A stretch of 54,870 bases of DNA, the filler included, from Ginglymostoma cirratum (Eukaryota): assembly GCA_024137785.1 (NCBI GenBank). It is 3 parts of 3 records of this genome, joined end to end, with 100 filler letters (N's around TTAATTAATTAA, not from the genome) between each part and the next. Parts side by side here need not be neighbours in the genome. Positions count along the whole stretch, not along the records: positions 1 to 15,797 come from JAHRHZ010000084.1; 2 more parts are not named here. One strand, given 5' to 3'. Positions 1 to 13,357 of this stretch are shown here, one piece after another. The translations under genes were made by a program, and so were the position numbers. Numbering within the stretch: position 1 is the stretch's first letter; every line of letters starts with the position of its first letter. The notes beneath the pieces are model-generated. The model had not been told where the DNA came from, searched no databases, and saw only the letters and a program-made list of their open reading frames with translations.

Positions 1-769
1 TATTCCACAGATAGGAGAATAAGGAGCAGAATTCTTGGCTGAAAGGATACCGAAGTTGGGAATGACACGGCCAAGAGGGAATTGAAATGGGTATCAGGAT
101 TTTAAATTTGAGCCAACAGAGCATAAAAAACATTTGTAGGTCAACCAGGATCGGGGAGATGGGTGAGCACGAATTTGAGTAGGATTGCCTACGGGCAGCG
201 ACATTTCGGATGGAAGTCGTTTTCGGCAAATTGGATGTGGGTGGTGGTACAAGGTCGGCATTTGGTGAAAACGGTTAAAATGTGATTTGTTTGGTGCTTA
301 ACTTTGTCAACAGTCTGTTTACATTTTTTCAGATTATTTATTTCTTTAATTTATTTCGCTAATATTGCTATTTAGAGGATTGAGGTAAGGTGAATGCAGG
401 TAATGTTGCAGAGGTAGAAGGAAACAATCTTTCCAATTAAGAGAGTCACCCTCACAGAGAAAATAATTTGTTAATTTAATTACGCTGCTGCGCTGGGACA
501 GAAACCCGAATTACCAGAGTGTTGCAACAGGACCTGCGTGAAAAAAGCGGGTAAGAGTGACAGGAAAATAGCTATATTGTTTGAGCGAGGAAAGACAATG
601 GCCCCTGTACTCCTATTTAACACTTTACCATTGCGCCCTTTGTATGTACGTGTGTGTGAATATGTGCATAGCGCCAAGTCATCTGTGACAGTTGCGAGGT
701 GAAGCGGCTGTGGCAGAGAAAGGAGTAAGCGTGCCAGTACAGGGCTGCGAATTCTATTTCTCTTTGTTA

Positions 770-888
770 CAATGTGCTCCCACTGTGGAAAAACAAGTGA
801 ATCAGGAATTGGGCTTCTCACTCATCTGAGGTCACACTAACCTGACTGCCGTCATTCTCGATTCCAAGGGACTGCCACGGAGATGATG
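770..888 (+). mobile_element. RTE-like LINE 3' end remnant
   Basis: Encodes CSHCGKTSESGIGLLTHLRSH-stop followed by a short UTR ending GATGATG. Confidence 0.45.
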
Positions 889-2469
889 CTTACATCTGCG
901 CATCTGGATGCGATGTCTGTTGGTGTACATGTGCACGAGGCTGCATGTGTCTTTGAAATCTTGTAACATAACAGTGGCTTTACCTTATTGGCTTTCTAGG
1001 GCTTTGGAAACTCTTGACTCCCGTTGTTATAGATAGAAGTCATTTAATTTGTAAGTGTGTGTGAACTTGTGAGCGCGCCGGTTTTGTGTATGCGTCTTTG
1101 TCTTTACGTGCTTTTTTTTCCAGTGCATGCTACAGTGTATGTACGTATAACTCATCCAAAGTCCAATTCGTTCATTGTTTCATGTTCGTTGAGTCACATT
1201 GCCTCCTGATTCTGCAACGTCTTACGTTTGAATTCCTCTTTAATATTTTTAACCGGTCCATTGCCTTTGGCGGCAATGTCTTGAACCGCACGTTGGAAGT
1301 TCAGCCCATACCCAAGTCTGGTTTTGTCTCCTATTTTAAAACCTGCCTCTTTCACCAAGCTTTTTTCATCAACACATCAATTTGTTCAGTCCATGATATT
1401 CCCTGCCAATCACCATTTTACTACATTGCAAGCGCCGTATGCGTACGTCAGTTTCGTTCTGCATACGTGTGGGAGTGCCTCCATTTTCATTTGCTCCCTT
1501 TCTCAACGTTATTTTTATTTGTTACGCATTCTACGTTGACGGAGAGTTCTGACCACTCAGGCATCTATTTTCGATTTATGCTTCGGATGAGCGATTATCG
1601 CTGCACAACTTTGAAAGTTTAGAACATATTTAAAGAAAGGTTCCGCACAGTTGAAGAGAATGGAAACTCTTGTGGTTAGATGTTGAGTCCGTCTCAGAGC
1701 GTGCAAAGTTACTAATTGAACGGAGCGTAATTTTTAAAAATGCATTTCAAGCCTGGCATATACCAAAACAAGCTTCTCCAAACACATTTTGCAAGTTTTA
1801 TATTTAGCAATGTCCCAGGGCGCTAACTCTGAAAAATAAATGAAATCCGAAGCAATCGTCTTTACACCACCTTTCTTTGAACGCCACATATAACTAACTT
1901 TAGACACGTGTAGCTCCTTGAGAACGTTCTATTGAGGGGGGCAGGAGAGAGGCGGTAATCTATAAATTACAGAGAGCCATCATTCTGCGTATTGACCTCT
2001 CCATTGTTTTTAGCTTAATCATCCAGCAAGTTCTCGTGGTGCATAAAGTTATAGAACACTGGATTATATATTTGAACTGAGAGATGGCCTTACTGTAGAC
2101 TGGTAACAGCACTGGTGAAATAGTGAATTCAAACGAAACATGCATTTGTGGTTAAAAAGCAGTTACCGTTTCGAGTCCAGTGACCCTTCTTCAAACAAAA
2201 ATGTATTTATATGGTTCACTTCATGACTTCTTAAGATTCCAGAAGTTTCACAACCAGATAAGCACTCGCAGCAAGTCCTACAACAGAAACATTACAACAA
2301 GTAGATACAAAGAGCTGAGGATGCTGGAAATCAGAAACAAAAACGGAAATTGCTGGAAAACCCCAGTAGACCTGGCAACATCAGCGGAAAGAAAGCAGAG
2401 TTGACATTTCGGGTCCAGTGAACCTTGTTCAGAACGTCAACTCTGCTTTCTTTCCGAAGACGTCTTGGG

Positions 2470-3720
2470 GACTTATCTATCTTCATACTTTGTAAGACAC
2501 ACAACACCTCTTCCTTTTTTTTAGCAACTTGGCTTAGAAACTCGCCACTCCCTTCCCTCCACCAATTCTTTCTCTTTGGTGAATGCCGACACAAAGTATT
2601 CGTTGAGGGCCTCGCCTACCTCTTCTGGCTCCACATACAGATTGCCTCCTTTGTCCTTCAGTGGGCCAAACCCTTCCCTGGCTACCCTCTTGTTTTTTAT
2701 ATATGTATGAAGAGCCTTGGGATTCTCCTCAATCCAGTTTGCTAACGACTTTTCATGACCCCTTATAAAGCCCTTCTAATTCCTTGCTTCAGGTTCTTTC
2801 CTGCTTTCCTTATATACTTCAAAGGTTTCAGGAGTTCCCATCCACCTAGGGATTACGTATGTTTGAACAAAAACAGAAGTTGCTTGAAAAACTCAGTCGG
2901 TCTGGCAGCATATGTGAAGAAAAAATCGTAGTTAACGTTTCGGATCCGATGACCCTTCCTCAGAACGTATGCTCCCTTTGTCTTCCTGATCAAGGTCATA
3001 ACATCCCTGGCCATCCAAGGATCACGTAACTTGCTATAGCTATCCTTCATTCTCGCAGGAACTTGCCGTTCTTGAACTCTTATCAACTGCCGTTTGAAAT
3101 ACTCCCGCATGTCCGATGTAAATTTACACTTAAACAGCCACCTCCAATCAAAATTCTCCAGTTCCTCCTTAATATTGTTGCAGCTCGTCATCCCCCAATT
3201 TAACACCTTCACCCGAGGACTGCTGTTATCCCTGTCCATGAGTATCTCAGGACTCACGGTATCGCTACTCCAAAAATGTTCACCCACTGAAACGTCGCTC
3301 CCCTAGACGGGCCCATTTCCCAAAACAAGGTGCAGTATAACACCTTACTTGGTTGGACTGTTTATATTTTGTGTCAAGAATCTCTCCTGAATGCTCCTTA
3401 CAAATCATGCCCCATCCAAGTCTGTAGCACGTGGCGAGTCCCAGTCAATCTCGCGTTAAGTTAAAATCACCCGCCACAACAATCTTGCTGTTTTTACATC
3501 TCTCCAAAATCTGTGTACATATTCTCTACTCTATCTCCCGCTGGCTATTGGAGGCCTGTGGTATACCCCAAGCATTATGATTTCACCTTTCCTATACCCA
3601 CCATCGCATCACAGGAGTCCTCTGACGTATCCTCCTTCAGAGCAGCTGTGACATTCTCCTTCATCAGTAATGCAACTCTCCCACCCCTTCTACCTGCCTT
3701 TCTGTCACACTTGAAATTGA
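2470..3720 (-). mobile_element. Degenerate CR1-type LINE ORF2 (endonuclease/tether region) with a nested short repeat
   Basis: Minus-strand peptides DRKAGRRGGRVALLMKEN, MGEHFWSSD, KVLNWG, DPWMARDV. Confidence 0.7.
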
Positions 3721-5903
3721 TGATGCTTGGACCAAGGCTGTAATGTGCTCCGAGGAGGAGTAAATTGGTGAAACTCAAACTGAACATTACTGAGTAGATT
3801 ATTGTCATGCAAGTTTCACCTCAAAGCACTGTGGATCGCACATTTCAGACCTCTGCTGAAATAAGGGGTAGGCTGATGGAACGTTACTTGCCCAGTTTGA
3901 TTTCTGCTGCCTTCTTTTTCTGGACGGGACATTAAAGTGGGCTACATTACAAACTGTTGGGTAGACGCCACTTGTGTGGGTGCGCTGGAAGAGCTTAGCT
4001 AGGGCCCTTCCACGTTCCGGAACGCGCGTCTTTCGTATTAATATAAGGAGGTTGTCTGAGTCCACAGTTTTTGCAGTAGCTGTGGCGAGATACACCTCAA
4101 CAGCCGAGATACTCAGCCTGGTGTTATGAAGCTGCACTCTGCTCCAGCGAAAAATATCATGAGATTCTTCCTTTTTTTTTCAGGAGAGCTACCACTGAGG
4201 GTAAGCGATTGGTACATGTGGCGCACTGCAGACCAGTGACTGGGGTTGATAGAGGAGTGAGGCTGGGGATGGGTGGTGCATTTGAAGTAACAATCATGCT
4301 TCATGATCGAACTGTAACTGTACTTCTTCAGAATAGAGTCGCTTCTTCAAAATAGAATCGTCTCAAATTCTTTGCATTAACGCACACCTCGCAAAAGCCT
4401 AAACCTTGTATTCATATTGTTATCCAAGAATAGCATTGGGCATAGCTATGACTTCCAACACTAACTAATTCAGATATCAGGGCTTCTATACTTATACTTC
4501 TGAAACAGCTGCAGTCATAACTAACCTATCTAAAGATAAAACTGTGAGTAAAAAATTTAAATAATGGAATTACTCACATTTTACTATTGCAAAAAGATAG
4601 GAGATATCGATGGAAGTTACAATCTGGGGTACATGTACGTTCTTTGAGAGCAACAGGACAAATGAAAAGGCTGAGAGGCAACGAGGATTCCTGACATCAT
4701 TAGAGAGACGGTGAATAAAGCAAGGAAGTTGCGCAACACATTTGTTGAGAACTATTTCGGTCTCAACTGGGATCTTCTGTAGAAATCTGTCGCGACCCTT
4801 TAGGGAAATTTCACGAAAATGGAAACACCGCAGATGTTTGCCAGAATGTAAACAAAGTCGTGGGATTTAACTATGTGATGAGACTTGAGAAGCAAGGGAT
4901 TTTCTCGTTGCGGTTGAGGAGGATGAAGCGAATTGATGCTGCGGTGCAGAGTTCACAATAGCTTTAAAAGGCAAATTAAAGAAAACTTCGCAGTTACAGA
5001 AGGGTCGGAAACTAAATTACAAAGAGGTAAGGCGATTGACAAAAGCACTAGAGGCTACAGGGAAAAAGTGGCGTACAATCTAGTCCTGTCCCGTTTTTAC
5101 CCATGCTACGACGAACAAAACTTCTGAATAATTTGCACCTGCAGGTTTAGAATAAAGCCAATAGAAGAAGTAACTGATTTGGAAACTACAAGCAGCTGAA
5201 CACTGTAAGTAAGCAAAGTCCTATTTCTATTTGATGAACTTTCGTACTCGAAACGTTAACTTTGCGTTCTTCTCACAGAAGATGCAAGACCTTGAGTTGC
5301 TCCAGCAATTTCTGCTGTTGTTCCCATTTTCATTGTTATCTTTTCTTTTAATTGTTTCTAACAGCAAAATGATTGTCTCTTTATTCCTCCTCTCCTCGCA
5401 CTTCCATCTGGAAATGCCTGAACACCACCCTGAAAAATATTTGTTGCTTTTCAGGCTGCTGCATTAATGGCAGTAACTATGAACCACGTGAACAGGGGTC
5501 TCGAATTTCACGCCTGCCGTGAGTGAAAATAATATTATCGTCGAAAGCCCTGGGCCGGAGATTGGGAATTGAGCAGAGTTATCAATCCTAACTGCTATTT
5601 CAATGATTTCTGCTTGAGATCGGAAGGGACTTGGAGATCCCAATTCTAAATATATTACCACTTTCACTGTCTTGCACATAGGTGAATACTTTAGGTGAGG
5701 TACTGGAAAAATAGCCATGCTTGCGACCTGAATCATTATTTTCAGACAGAGTCAAGGCTCGAAAGTTATTGTTCATAACTGATCGGAAAGCATTGTTCCG
5801 GCAGCGTCAGAAACACATTGTCTTCAGATAGAAATTTCTCAACGAGCAGTGAGCAAGGAGCCTCCCACTTCCCAGACTTCTGGGACTCAACACTCGTCAT
5901 GTG

Positions 5904-5930
5904 ATGACTCAGGTCATTATCATAGGCTTG
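5904..5930 (+). CDS. IgSF gene A, candidate leader exon 1 (MTQVIIIGL)
   Basis: ATG at 5904, 9 codons, GTAAGG donor at 5931 (phase 0); phase-compatible with the candidate exon at 6151. Confidence 0.35.
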
Positions 5931-6150
5931 GTAAGGTTTTCCGACAAACCATTCTGGACACCATCCTCATTTACAACAAGAAACCAACGAACTTTTCTTT
6001 ACGTCTGAAATATGTTCGTGACAGTTACAGTACAGTACATGACTCTACTTGGCATAATTTGGTCAGGTACATTTCGTTGCTATATGTCCCATGTCAAAAT
6101 CCGTTATATCCTATTTTAGGAGATAATGCAATGGTTCTGTATTGTTTCAG

Positions 6151-6238
6151 GAAACACTGTGCTGCTCCACTTCGATTGCTAAAACGTTCAATAGCTCTTG
6201 CATTTTACTTTGCGAAGTTCTTTTCCTGATGTACTTAT
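6151..6238 (+). CDS. IgSF gene A, candidate leader exon 2 (hydrophobic ILLCEVLFLMYL)
   Basis: TTGTTTCAG acceptor, 88-nt open exon, phase 0 to 1, GTTAAG donor; splices in frame to the V exon giving ...FLMYLSAEATSG-KVKQ, signal-peptide-like. Confidence 0.4.
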
Positions 6239-6421
6239 GTTAAGCAGGGGACTGAAAGCTTGTCGGCTTAAGAGAAGAAAGCGGATTTGTGGCTACAATT
6301 AGAACAGCCATTATTGAATAGCCGAGTAGGTGCGAAGGGCAGAATGGCCTATTCTTTCTCTATTCGTGTGGTGTACGTTGATTTGCAAATATTATCATCG
6401 CTCTTCTTTCTTTTCTGATAG

Positions 6422-6727
6422 CCGCTGAAGCAACTTCGGGTAAAGTGAAACAGTTCCCTAAATTTTTGAGCGTTAACAGAGGTGGGAATGTTTCCATCTT
6501 CTGCACGTTTCCTATCTTTGAAGAAACTCCTGATGTTTATTGGCGGAGACGGGGTGAGGAGTCGGTTCTGGAGGCAGACAGCAGAAAGCGATTCAGTGCT
6601 AACAAGGGAACAAGTTCTTTCTCAGTCCTAAACGCTAGTTTTGCTGATGCCGGTGTGTATTTCTGTGAAGTTAAGCACCAGCGAAGGTCGATTGGAGATG
6701 GGGGTGGCACACAACTGACTGTTTATG
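6422..6727 (+). CDS. IgSF gene A, V-set exon with built-in J-like G strand (germline VJ)
   Basis: Polypyrimidine+AG at 6420-21, GTAAG donor at 6728, phase 1/1; B-strand C (SIFC), C-strand W (VYW), DAGVYFC, GDGGGTQLTVY. Confidence 0.9.
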
Positions 6728-8611
6728 GTAAGGATCATTGTACCGGACAGGCTGCTTTTCAGTTTTATTAGATACTTTCACTTTTTTTAATCTCGAACAT
6801 TCTTCCAATTGCTTTTACACGGGTTTGTATTTTCGTTGTCATTGAGCTCGTGTTAAAACTGCAGATGCTGGAGTCAGAGTAGATACAATGTGGAGCTGGA
6901 GGAACACAGCAGGTCAGGCTGCTTGAGAGAAGTAAGACAGTCGGCGTTTCGGGCCTAGACCCTTCATTAGAACTTCACGAGTCCTTTTGTGGGGTCTTGG
7001 CCCGAAACCTTGACTCTCCTACTCCTTTGATGCTGCCTGACCTGCTGTGTCCGTCCGGCTCCACGCTGTATAGAGATAACAAGCATGGGGCTGGATGATC
7101 ACAGCAGGTCAAGCAGCATCACAGGAGCTGTGTTCATCCAGCCCCATGCTTGTTACCTCAGATTCTCCAGCATCTGCAGTACCTTTTATCTCCCACACTG
7201 TATAGACTCCAGTTATATAACAGCTGGTTCACTCTCGCCATTTGAGCACTTTTGTCTAAAAGCAATTTCACTCGCTTGCTCTCCTGATAGTTGAAAGGGT
7301 TCTATCTCCAACAGTTTTATTTGTGTCCAGTTGCAATTGTTTTCAAACCAAGATACCGGTAGAATAAAAGTTTAAATTTTGGCTTCAAAAGAACCAATGA
7401 GCGAAGAAAACGAAGTCCCTTCTTGCCAAAGTAACGATACCAGTATGTGACAACTAATTTACGCAAATCGAGGGTTAAAGAATGATGGAATTCTGAGTCT
7501 TGGCTATGCACTTAATGCAGTCCTGTTGGCCATAAGATCTAAGGAAACTTGCAAATTGGTAATGTCCTTAATTTATATTTCGAAAATTTCGGAAAGATAT
7601 GCATGTAAAGAAAACATTCAAATTGTTCTCAATAATATCACAAACAATTCAAAGTTAACAGGTTCATATATCAGGTATATAACGCCTATAGATTGTGCGG
7701 ACACTGTTTCACATCTGTTAGAGGTAAAAATAGAGCTGGTAAAAGCAGCGTGGAAATGAGTCCAACAGACAGAAAGAACAGAGAGACTTGCGAATTATAC
7801 AAGACATGCGCTCACAGTTAGATTTTTCCATCTCGGATACCCCATCTCTGCTAAAGTTATAAACTTCACACTGATCAATAATTAATAAAAGCTAAGGACA
7901 GTGTGAGGCCAGAGAAGCTGTTCCGATTGGTGAGGGAAAAAACAGAGAACACACATTTAAGATAACGCGCTATACAGTTGGGCACAACCGTCGGAAATCT
8001 TTTAAGTTTTTCAAGGATCTGGAATGCACTGCCGGAGACTCCGGTGCTATTGTGGCGTTCAAAGGCAAATTTATAATTTCCCCAAAAATGATTAAACGCT
8101 GCAGAGATGTGGTGAAGGGGATGAAACCAACAACCAGAACCGCAGTAGATCTGGCTACACTTGTGGAGAGAAATGGAATTAACGTTTCCAGTTTGGTTTG
8201 ACTCTTATTCAGGAGAAGTTTTGAGCATTGTGCGAAACAAAATGTTTGGTGCCGCAAAGCTTTATTACTGCAGTCAGGGGAGAGAGGATTCAGTGACAGA
8301 CTGGCGTGTACTGTCTCCGATAGATTTGGTCAGGAATCTGACTGTTGCTAATCCCAATCCCGCTCCACGACCTCATTCAGACCAATGTCCCTGCCTCCAT
8401 ACATGTAACCAGTCCTGGCAGATCAACCTTTTAGTTTATCTTTTCAAATATTCCTACAATTTTGCTGTGGTGCTGGAGCACTTCAACGTTTAAAATTAAA
8501 CGATAAAGAGCATAAGTATTGTCACTGTATGTATGTAGCAGCGTCACGGGTGCAGTCAAATGAGGATGTGTTCCACTAAACTTAAAAGAGAAAATTTTTC
8601 CCTCTTTTAAG

Positions 8612-8905
8612 TGTCACCATTGCCACTGAAACTCGTTCAAGTTGAAGGGATTTCCGCGGCTTCTTTGAAACTCGTGTGTAAAACTGCTGCCTGTTACCCG
8701 GAGCCTGTCGGTATCTCCTGGCGAAGAAATGGTGCCGCAAATCTGACCGGAATACAAACGGTAATAAAGACGGCAGATGGACTGTATGAGGTTTCCAGCT
8801 CTTTGGAAGAAGCGCAGCCTGTGCGAAGCGATGTGGTTTATACCTGTCTGGTATCACATGTTTCCCTTCCTGTACCCGCCAGTGTCAACTACACCGTCAA
8901 TCCAG
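8612..8905 (+). CDS. IgSF gene A, C1-set exon
   Basis: AG at 8610-11, GTAAG at 8906, phase 1/1; LVCKTAACYPEPVGISW...DGLYEVSSSL...YTCLVSHVSL is a C1-set pattern. Confidence 0.9.
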
Positions 8906-9149
8906 GTAAGGCAGGAAATATTTGCAGCAGTGAGAGGGACCCGTGCTCCAGCTTGGATTTATAGAGCAGATATATGGCTGAACAGCTGTCCAAACCAGAG
9001 AGAGGGGGTGAATGTGGACTGCATTAACACCAAAGCGGTATAAATGGAAAAGAAATTACAATGTTCAAAATGGTTGTCGGTGTAGGATAGAGAATATTCC
9101 CCTGAAGAGGTCTGAAAGGGAGGTGATGTGTGAGCTGCTCGAAAGCTAA

Positions 9150-10626
9150 AGATCATTCTTCATCAAAATCTTAGCGAGTAAAATGAAATCATACCTACAA
9201 AGACATTGTAGGAACTTAGGGAAGAAATTGCGCGGCGTGGGAGAGATCTTTATATCATCTATAACCACTGGTGAGGTGCTGGTGGACGGGCGGGTGGGTA
9301 ATATTGTGCCTTTACTTAAGAAAGCCTGAAAAGAGAAGTCTGGGAACAATGGACACTTGAGTGTGATATCAGTTGTGAGTAATTTGTTGGAGGGGGTTTT
9401 GAGAGACAGGATTTGCATGCAATTGAAAGGCAAGGACTGACTAGGGATAGTCAGCAGACTTTGTGTCCGGGAAAATGTGGGCTACATGACCAAGAAGATA
9501 GATGGAGGACAGAGTGGTAGATGTTGTCTACATGGACTTCAATAAAGCCTTTAACAAGGTTCTGCCTGGTAGACTGGTGACTAAAGTTAGATTGCATGGG
9601 ATTCGGGGATCTTGCCAATTGGATACAATATTGGCTTGATGGTAAAATAGACAGAGGGTAGAGTTAGAAGTTTGTTTTCCGAGACGTCACCAGTGGTGTT
9701 CCACTAGCATAGATGCTGCATCCACTGTTGTTTATCGTTTATATAAACAATTTTAATGAAAACTTAGGAAGCATGACAAATTTGGAGATGGCATCAAAAT
9801 TGGTGGATTCATGGACAGTGAAAAGAGTCATCTAAGATTACAAAGGGATCGTGATCAATTGAGCCAATGGGGCGACAAATGGCAGATGGAGTTTAATTTG
9901 GATAAATGCAAGGTATTGCACTTAGCAAGATGAACAATTGCAGGATATATACAGTTAATTAGTAGGACCCTGCGGATTGTTGCCTAACAAAGATACCTAG
10001 GGCTTATGGTATATATTTCTTTGAAGGTTGCATTGCACGTACACAGAGTGGTAAAGCAGGCATTTAGCATGCTTGTCTTCATTGCTCAGACTATTGAATA
10101 TAGAAGTTCGGACATCATGTGGTTGGTGAAGCTACTTTTGAAGTATTGTGTGCAGTCTGGTCGCCCTGCTATTGCAAGGATATTACTAAATTAGAGAGGG
10201 TGCTGGAAAGATTTATAAGGATATTACCTCGACCAGAGGGTTTGAGTGAAAGGGATAGGGTGGATAAACTTGGATTTTTTTCACTAGAGCATAGGTGGTT
10301 GATGGATGACCTTATAGAGGTTTATAAAATCATGAGAGGTATCGATAACGTGAATTGCAAACCTCGTTTTCTCGTGATGGGGAGTTCAAGCCTAGAGGGC
10401 ATATTTTTCAGGTGATAGAGTCTACATTTTCACACAGAGTGTGGTTGGTGTGGAATGAACTGCCAGGGGAAATGGTAGATGCAGGTATAATTACAACACT
10501 TGCACAGGCAAATGAATAGGAAACGGTTCGACACAGGTAAATGGGATTAGTTTAGTTTGGGAAACTTGGTCGGCACAGATAAATTGGACTGAAAGGTTTG
10601 TTTCCATGTTGTATGACTCCATGACT
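9150..10626 (+). mobile_element. CR1-type LINE, degenerate RT and 3' UTR
   Basis: VDVVYMDFNKAFNKV, WSPCYCKDITKLERVLERFIRILP...DDLIEVYKIMRG; ends in (ATGACTC/T)n tail. Confidence 0.85.
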
Positions 10627-10719
10627 TTATAAAAGCTGAATAAGTGATAATAGGATCTATGAGTAGGAGAGAATATGTGAGATGCAATTGAAAACAACAC
10701 ATGTCATGACAAGACTGGG

Positions 10720-11755
10720 TGTGGGGAGGGTAAAAAAGAAGGAAGGAAGAATCAGGCTCTAAAGTTCTTTAACTCCATGTTGAGTCCCTGAATGTTGCAG
10801 GGTCCCCAAGCAGAAAACTATATATTGTTCTTCAAGCTTGTGCTGAGGTTCACTGGAACACTGCAGCAAGACTGTGTTGAAGTGTTAGGCAACTCTGGAT
10901 CATTTTTGTAGAAAGAATGTAACTATTCTGCAAAACTGTCACACAGCCTGCATTTCGTCTCCCCAGTGTAGAAGCGACAACATTATGAGCAATGAATACA
11001 GTAGGCTATATTGAGTCAAATGCAAATAAATCTGCTTCACCTAGAATCATATAACTCATAGAACATGGAAGCTACGCCTGGAGCTTTGGATAGTGAGGAG
11101 GAAGGAAGAAAACATCCATAAACATGCAGTTGTCACACCTTTCGCCATTGCATGTGAAGGAGTGGGCAAGAGTGTCCCAGAGGCAATGGTCCAGCGGAAG
11201 GCTGGCAAGGGAGGGGAGGGTACATATGTCTGATGGTGGCTAATGATATTTTGTATGTGGACGTTGGTGGAATGGTAGGTGAGCACCAGGGGGTCTTTGA
11301 CATTGTTGAAGGAGGGACGGGTAAGAGTGAGGGCCGAAGTGCGAAAGATGGGTCAAATGCGGCTAAAGGCTCCGAGGACCACAGTGGCAGGAATCCACCT
11401 TGAGGAGAAAGGTGGCTTTTCTGAGGCCCCTGCCGAAGTTGGCATCATCAGAACAAATGTGTTGGAGATGGAGAAACTGGGAGAATGTGTTGGAATCCTG
11501 GCAGAAGCAGGGTATGAGGATGTAAAGATGAGGTAATTGTGGGAATGATGGATTTGTAACGGGTATCAGTGGCCAACCTATCCCAGAAATTGATGTGTTT
11601 CCACTTCACAGCGGGAAGGGGAAGCAGCACTAATGATGCCATCAATATGCTAGAGAAAGAGTTGTGGGTGGGAACTGCAATAGGATTGGAATAATCCATG
11701 TATCCCACAAAGTGACAGGCATAACTGAAGCCCATTCAGATAGCCATGGCCACGC
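10720..11755 (-). mobile_element. Penelope-like retroelement fragment
   Basis: Minus-strand VAM...MGFSYACHFVGYM resembles the PLE RT motif GTRMGPSYACLFVG; decayed GIY-YIG-region sequence follows. Confidence 0.6.
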
Positions 11756-12813
11756 TACGTTAAAGTATGGATTGTTTTTAATATAGTCACACGTTCTCAC
11801 ATACTTTTTGGCTTACTATCACATTATATGGATTGCTTTCAGTGCAGCTCGGCCATTCTTTCCTGCTCTTAGCTCCTATTATCATTTTGTCAGCTTTCCG
11901 TCTTTCCTAGCCTGCTCTCCATAATCTCCCAGCTGACTTACCTCTTTCACATCTCCCTCTTTCTGGGCTCCATCTCCACGTATCTACTCACCTGTCTTTT
12001 CATCCATTTCGTCTTCAGCATAAATGCCACGTGTTCCTAGCTGCTAACAGTACTGGTGGAGAGCGACAGGACCGAAACGTTATTCTGCTTTCTTCTCCCA
12101 GATGTTGCCAGACCTGCTGAATTTCGCCAGCAATTTCTGTTTTTGTTTCAGATTTCTAGCACCCATAGTTCTTTGTGTTGTTAAGAATAAATCAGTTCGA
12201 CGAGTTGCGTTTAGATCTCTGTTTACACATTTAAAATATGGAAATGTACTTGTGTCCATCTGGTATCTCCGCATTATAAACTTCAGATTTCCCGCCCGAA
12301 GAACCTTCGCACGTCTTTGCCCATCTCTCCGCTTACACACTCCCGAACTGTCTCCACCTCTTCTATTATCACTTTTGTATCAGGATTGTGTTTGATAACG
12401 CTGCCGTGGAGTGCGCTGGGACGTTTTGCCATGTCATCGGGGTTTTAGAAAATGTAAGATGTTCGTATTAACTGCGGAAGGCTGCTAAGGGAAGTCCTAT
12501 GTAGCACAGCACGTTTACTTTTTTAAAAAGTAGGACCTTTTACTCTTGACAAACAGCCCAGAGACAAGTCTCTTGTGTCCTTCTGGAATTGTTCCCTCCA
12601 TAAATTTGCATTATAGGCCTGTAGCTGATTTTTCATTTGAAACACGTTGTAATCCTTGTATACATACTACGCACAGAAACGAGTATTTATGGAACGCAAT
12701 GGTCCTGGGATACTCTTTGGCATCTCACCGTCCTGTGTCTGCTCCACGATGCTCTGCATATAAATCCCACTGTGCTCTGCAGTTTCTTATTCAAATATTT
12801 ATCAATTCTGTAG

Positions 12814-12918
12814 GTAAAGTTGGCACTCTCCCTTTGGTGTTTGGATGGACGGGTGGCGTGTTGGCAATTTTACTGTTGATATTCATTTTGACAAGACTCA
12901 AATTAAAGACATCATCTG
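12814..12918 (+). CDS. IgSF gene A, transmembrane exon
   Basis: TAG acceptor, GTAAG donor at 12919, phase 1/1; GKVGTLPLVFGWTGGVLAILLLIFILTRLKLKTSS: uncharged hydrophobic span then basic stop-transfer. Confidence 0.8.
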
Positions 12919-13044
12919 GTAAGAATCTTTATTATTTCGCCGAATACTGTCAGTTTCTAAGGCCCAATGTCTTTTTATCTTAATTTTTTAAATGATTTTA
13001 GCGTCTATAAAAAGCCAAAGCGCAGATGAACAGTGATTAGTCAT

Positions 13045-13357
13045 TTGATCAGATTCCCTACAAAGTAGAAACAGGCCCTTTGGCTCAAGAAGTCCACCCC
13101 GACCCTCACAGCATCCCACCCAGACCCATACCCTATTACCCAGCTAACCTACACATCCATTAATACTGCGGGCAATTTAGCATAGCCAATCCACCCAGCC
13201 TGCACATTTTGGACTGTGGGAGGAAACCGGAGCACCCGAAGGAAACCCATGCAGACACGGGGAAAATGTGCAAACTTCACACGGACAGTCGCCCAACGGT
13301 GGAATCGAACCCGGGTTCCCGGCGCTGTGATCTTGCTAACCACTGAGCCACCGGGCC
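13045..13357 (-). mobile_element. tRNA-derived SINE (HE1/V-SINE-like)
   Basis: Pol III A/B-box-like GTGGCTCAGTGG / GGTTCGATTCC and core GGGTGCTCCGGTTTCCTCCCACAGTCC on the minus strand. Confidence 0.85.

Noticed and set aside
300-5500. Scattered AG...GT exon-like segments (e.g. 333-384, 1000-1050, 5145-5204)
   Set aside because: Mostly closed frames and no recognisable product; cannot build a gene model
6133-6161. RSS-like GGTTCTGT...CACTGTG upstream of gene A V exon
   Set aside because: Spacer is 14 nt, the nonamer is poor and it is not adjacent to a coding end
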